Below are positions 59,278-64,000 of a stretch of DNA of 64,000 bases, one piece after another. Each line of letters starts with the position of its first letter. Within the stretch, counting starts at the first letter, position 1. A program made the position numbers and the translations under genes. The notes beneath the pieces were generated by a model. It did not search any database, was not told the DNA's origin, and saw only the letters and a list, made by a program, of their open reading frames with translations. This stretch comes from Oopsacas minuta (taxonomy: Eukaryota > Animalia > Porifera), in contig JAKMXF010000365.1 of assembly GCA_024704765.1 (NCBI GenBank), forward strand, positions 682,001-746,000, read 5' to 3'.

Positions 59278-61476
59278 ATGGCTCAAGTAGCAGGCCCAAT
59301 AGATATTTATTCATTACAGATCCCACAGCTAGAGCAGCTTCGATCAGCTTTGGAAGAGGTATACGTATTATGAATTTATCATGTGGTTACTGGTTAAAGT
59401 GGTTAGCAAACCAAATTACTGACTTGTACAAGAATAAATTTAACCTTAATCAAAACAGGATGTTTTTCCAATTTCACAGACGATTTTTAAATAAGCGTTT
59501 GTAAATTATCTAAAACAACAGCTTAATGGAATGAATTAATCATTCCATTTTGCTTTCTATACGACAACCTTTGATGAACTTGTTTACAACTCTTTCAAAA
59601 ATTTCTGGAATACTATATCACCCACTAAATTTAGATTTTGCTAGCAATAAATATTGTTTGTAGAAGATCAAAATTACTTTTTTACTATTTGCACGTGAAC
59701 TTCTGAGTAACAGATTTATTAAAGAAAATATTTTCACTATTTTAGGAAATTCAGATTTTATCAAACTCACTTCAACAGCTAAAGAAATTCCAAATCAAGT
59801 TTGTTGAATCAAAGGAATGTCTTCAAAAGTTTAGACCTGAAAATAAGGGTATGTATTTAGCAAATAATTATTTGTAGAAGCATTAAACTAGATTAATATT
59901 CAATTGATATTATAGGAAAACCTCTACTGGTGCCACTCACTTCATCTGTATCCTCTCTTAACGTAACGCTATAATAATAATTTCTTAATTCTATAATCTA
60001 TTGCAGGGATTTATAAGTGAGTATTTGACTATTTGTTGTTGTATTTTCCTGAATAATTGGAGGAAATATGGTGCAATTACATAGCCTGCTCAACAACACA
60101 CCTGTGTATAAACTAATAAGTAAATTCGATTATATATATATATGCTATCTCCATTGTAAAACAGCAAACTTTGTTTAAGATCTGTAATGATGTAATTTTA
60201 TCTAAAATTCAAAATAATTCCTTAATAAGTGCATAGATGTATGTTCCAGGAGTACTGAGTAATCCAGACAAAGTGATTGTCGAAGTTGGAACAGGATTTT
60301 ATATCGAAAAAGTAAGTTAGATTCGTGGAGATTGGCGTGAATTAAAAAGTCTCAAAACATTTGTTAATGTTATAAATATATAGAGCATATCAGATGCAGA
60401 GACGTTCTTTGATCGCAGAGTAGCATACGTAACAGAGCAAATGCAGAAGTTACAACCCACTCTCCAAGAAAAGTATCAAAACAAAGAGGGTGAGTTTTCT
60501 AATTCTCTCAATCCTAATATTTACTCTGTAAATGTATTTACATAAGCGGCACTAGTAGTGACGGAGTTAGGCAAAAATTCCTGACAGTTCCAGACTTGTT
60601 GACATAAATCGGTTACATGCGATAAGACGAATTCAATTATTCATATTCGCTGGTTATGAACCTTATAACTCGGTTTATATAATAATAACCACAAAGCGAA
60701 TACATTAAGACTGCACATGCTTTCGGTAAAGTTTGCATCTTATAATACAATAAAGTAAACTAATAAAGTTGGTACAAAGTTCTTTCTCACCCAATTATCC
60801 TGACTAGCAGAATAAACCTAATCTCTAGCATTTTGAATTTTGAAACATATTATGCGAAAATAAGATTTGATCAAATTATAATTACCTAGGTATATATGCA
60901 AATTTCATACTCTGAAGATCTCAGAATCAGATTCTAATAACGAATGATCTCTGACAAGATTCTGTATCATAATATTCAGCTTCATTTTAATTACATTAAA
61001 ATAGATGCAAAATTTAAGAAAAACGCGTCTGTCAATTTTCATATTATTCATATTCAGGGAAGGAAACAGCTATCGCTAAATTTGAATTTCTATCCTTCAA
61101 TATATTTATATTACCTAAGTTTGAGATAACGTATTCAAATTATAGTTACTAGTCATACTACAAGTATAGAATTGGGCTGTAAACAGCGAAAATATTATTT
61201 TAAACTTTAAAGGTTCAAAAAACAGCAAATTAATCTGTCGGCTGTTTGGAAAATTGTAGCTGCTAACAGCAAATAGCCTACAGTTAACAGCTATTTACCA
61301 TACAATTGCTCAATATCGCAGGATCTCGCGAACATCCATGCTATACACGTATATACATATAGATATAAGAGCAGTACTAAATATGAATATTTCATTTAGC
61401 AATCGTTGGAGTGATGCAGCAGAAGGTACAACAGTACTTAGCTTCTCAATCCAAGGAAGGAGCTCCCAAACAATAA
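59278..61476 (+). CDS. PFDN5: Prefoldin subunit 5, 6 exons (59278-59358, 59746-59848, 59916-59947, 60237-60311, ~60385-60489, 61400-61476)
   Basis: IPQLEQL..EIQILSNSLQQLK..GKPLLVPLTSS|MYVPGVL..VIVEVGTGFYIEK..QMQKLQPTLQEK..AIVGVMQQKVQQ. Confidence 0.93.
59948..60236 (+). other. U12-type (minor spliceosome) GT-AG intron in PFDN5
   Basis: Donor GTATCCTC (consensus GTATCCTT); branch-site TTCCTTAAT at 60218-60226, 10 nt from the acceptor AG, with no polypyrimidine tract. Confidence 0.8.
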
Positions 61477-62129
61477 TCTGATTTGTGTTATTATAGGACA
61501 TTACCTTAATTACATGTATTACTAATAGGAGTATTACTTTTCTAGATTGATAAGTTAGAGAATAACTAGATTATCGATTGCGGGGGAATATAATACGAAA
61601 ATACAATCTCTAAATATGAGAGGATAATACCGTTATTTAATGATCAAAGAAAACCACTTCTAATGAATCTATCACTGATTAAAATTGTCCTTTATGCTTG
61701 TAAAGGCATAAATATAACTAGAAAATTGACTTACACAGCGATAGATATCTGCGGAAATAAATGATGAACAAACACAATCAGTATTTGTAATATTTGTGCT
61801 TATCATGTGTATCTGGCCGGCTACCAAACTAAATATATCAAAATATTTATCCATTAATCGTGTTGAAAGTAGCGAAATATTATCAGTAAATTGATGTTAG
61901 CATTGTACGCAACACACGTTATGCTAAACATTATTTTAGTTGGCAGAGGACAAGGCTACGATATGATAAGGAACATTATTTCTAGTACACCTTTAATTAT
62001 AAATCTGAATAATATGTCCAATTAATTAATTAATGTGCTGGTAGTTATATGTACTACTCAGTATTGAAGAATAAATAGGATACTTATCAAGCAAGTAAAA
62101 GTCAAAAAGCTGAGGAAGTAAAGCAAAAA

Positions 62130-62707
62130 TTATTTATCCTTCTTTGATTCCGATTTGGATTGTTTTTTGAGTTCTTGTATTAGATGTTGTTGTGCAAGAG
62201 AGTTAATAGTTGATATTACAAAATACATGATCATCCCAGTTACCAAACAGGTTAATAGGAATGATACTAGACCTCCATCATTTGAATCCTGTCCAAGCTT
62301 AAGTTTGATCCTCTGCTGCTCAAAATAATCAGTGATATAAGGCTCTAGGATAGCTCCGAACTTAGGAATTCCTGCTATTAATCTGATCACCATTTTCAAA
62401 TATGATTCAGTGAATACTATTATTATGAATGAAGTTTGCATTGCCATTTTAATTCCAGCTTTACCTACAAGAGTTGCAGAGAAAAATGTGGAAAAGGGAA
62501 TGAGGAAATATCCACAAGTTATTCCAGCCAGATCAAACAGAGGGTTCGGGATAGAAGCACATAGAAGTATGCCGAAGAAACCGAATCTTGTAACAAGTTC
62601 CTGAACTTTTTTCTTGGCTGATGATTGCTCTTCTTCCTCGAGATTTTCTCCAGAACGTCGAGCAGTGCGTGCCATAAAGTAGGGCGGAAGTTCGCCTATC
62701 GCAGTCC
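62130..62707 (-). CDS. VMP1: VMP1/TMEM49, terminal exon only; upstream exons not found in the window
   Basis: Acceptor TTCTTTAG| then GTAIGELPPYFMARTARRSG..FGFFGILLCASIPNPLFDLAGITCGYFLIPFSTFFSATLVGKA. Confidence 0.9.
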
Positions 62708-63894
62708 CTAAAGAATAAGCGAATACAATGGTAGTATATTTTTCTTAGTGGTCTTATTAGCTTATTTAGCTTTGTGTCTAGACGATATAACAGCATATTT
62801 GTAAGAGTCACAATACTCATTTTTCTACAAACTCAAAGCTTAAACTTTGTACTTGTTAATCTAGTATTGTTTGTCTTGTATATTAAATTATAATATTTTT
62901 AGAATTAAGCTTCTTTCAGGTAATCAATTAGTTTATTAATTGAGCGAGTAGCCGAGTACAAATTAGGAAATGCTTTGTGCAATGCTGTTGTTTACAACAA
63001 TATTGTACAAATCATTAAATGTTACTAATAAGCTCATGTATTTGCTAAATTCTATTAAATCGGTGATTTTAAATCGAATAAATATGATAATATTGTACCA
63101 ATTTTTGACACTGTAATAATTGGCAAATAATACAAACCGCTAATTCGAATATCACTTACTATAGAATAATCAATAATTTTCTGTAATAATAATCATGAAG
63201 AAATCTGAGCTACCTAGCTTGTTAGGTGTCTTTACAGCAATATTTAATCATTTTATGCTGATACTATTGTAAGCACAAAACTTAGGTTAATAGTTAGGAA
63301 AGTCCTATGAAAAAATAGCACTTGTTTAGAGAAACATTAAACTTCTCTTTATTATATTTATTACTGACGCGTTAACCAATAACGAATATATATCGACGTA
63401 ATTAAATTATTAAACATATAAATTGACAACCATTTGATATACGTCAATTAATAACATAACGCATAATCTAATGTATAGTATTAATTCCACAGCCCGTGTG
63501 TTAAACCTATTCAAGCAGGTAATGTATTATGTGATAACCAAAAACACCTAATAAATATGAGTATAATACTCGTAATTATTACCGTGATGGACATGCTTAT
63601 AAATAATCATAAGATCACAACAGAAGAATATATTTACTATTCAAAAACGTGCTAACTAACAAATTAGTCAACATTTCTTGCTTCAAGGTTCGTCTAACAT
63701 AAATTCTTGCTGAATCCTATATAAGGCAACATTCACCACATTACTTTATGCCATTATATAGTGCCTACACGGTATATACTGGAGTCATATAAATACAGCC
63801 AATTGAAATCTGTAAAATCAACTTGAAACAGTATATTGCTTCCAGTATTGAATTCTAGTATAATATTTACAAAAATACTATTCGCAGACACAAA

Positions 63895-64000
63895 ATGAAT
63901 CAAATTAAATGTGTTGTCGTTGGCGACGCTTTAGTCGGGAAGACAAGTCTCTTGAAGTCTTACGCAGCTCATAAATTCTCCCAGGAACACACACCTACTG
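63895..64000 (+). CDS. Rho-family (Rac/Cdc42-like) small GTPase, 5' fragment running off the window
   Basis: [35 protein letters not shown] resembles Rac [35 protein letters not shown]. Confidence 0.85.
   Translation, partial: MNQIKCVVVGDALVGKTSLLKSYAAHKFSQEHTPT

Noticed and set aside
62533-62820. 95-aa ORF with AG|aaaaATG overlapping the VMP1 exon in another frame
   Set aside because: No homology; it overlaps a conserved exon out of frame and is most likely incidental.
1-64000. CRISPR arrays, rRNA/tRNA genes, autonomous transposase or reverse-transcriptase ORFs
   Set aside because: None recognisable; all long ORFs are accounted for by host genes.

Overview
AT-rich, gene-dense eukaryotic (animal) DNA with short spliceosomal introns; no rRNA, tRNA or CRISPR array seen. 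About 28 protein-coding genes can be reconstructed. Minus block 1-16.6 kb: GLS, DRC7, hnRNP R/Q-like, NHL-repeat protein, CTC1, WDSUB1-like. Plus block 17.5-34.9 kb: FIP1L1, RPL34, EAF, AIFM1, two Cys/His-motif proteins, UBE2Z, TMEM143, RNF13-like. Minus block 35.4-56.5 kb: RBX1, PIGW, KIF11, IRAG/LRMP-like, ATP6V1A, V-ATPase a subunit. Then WAVE-like and PFDN5 (plus), VMP1 (minus, partial) and a Rho-family GTPase start (plus). Compactness, AT content and intronless RING-less NHL genes suggest an early-branching animal such as a glass sponge (inference only). Main signals: (1) a 3' splice-acceptor-like YAG sits directly in front of many start codons and genes lie in long co-oriented blocks, which suggests spliced-leader trans-splicing and possibly polycistronic units; (2) three antisense genes nested in introns, including a secreted single-granulin peptide; (3) a repeated, unassigned Cys5-His2 motif in two tandem genes; (4) a U12-type intron in PFDN5, an inferred GC-AG intron, and a minisatellite that multiplies a splice donor; (5) several MITE families and a hairpin-rich foldback element. 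Gene names come from recognising motifs by eye; no database searches were run.
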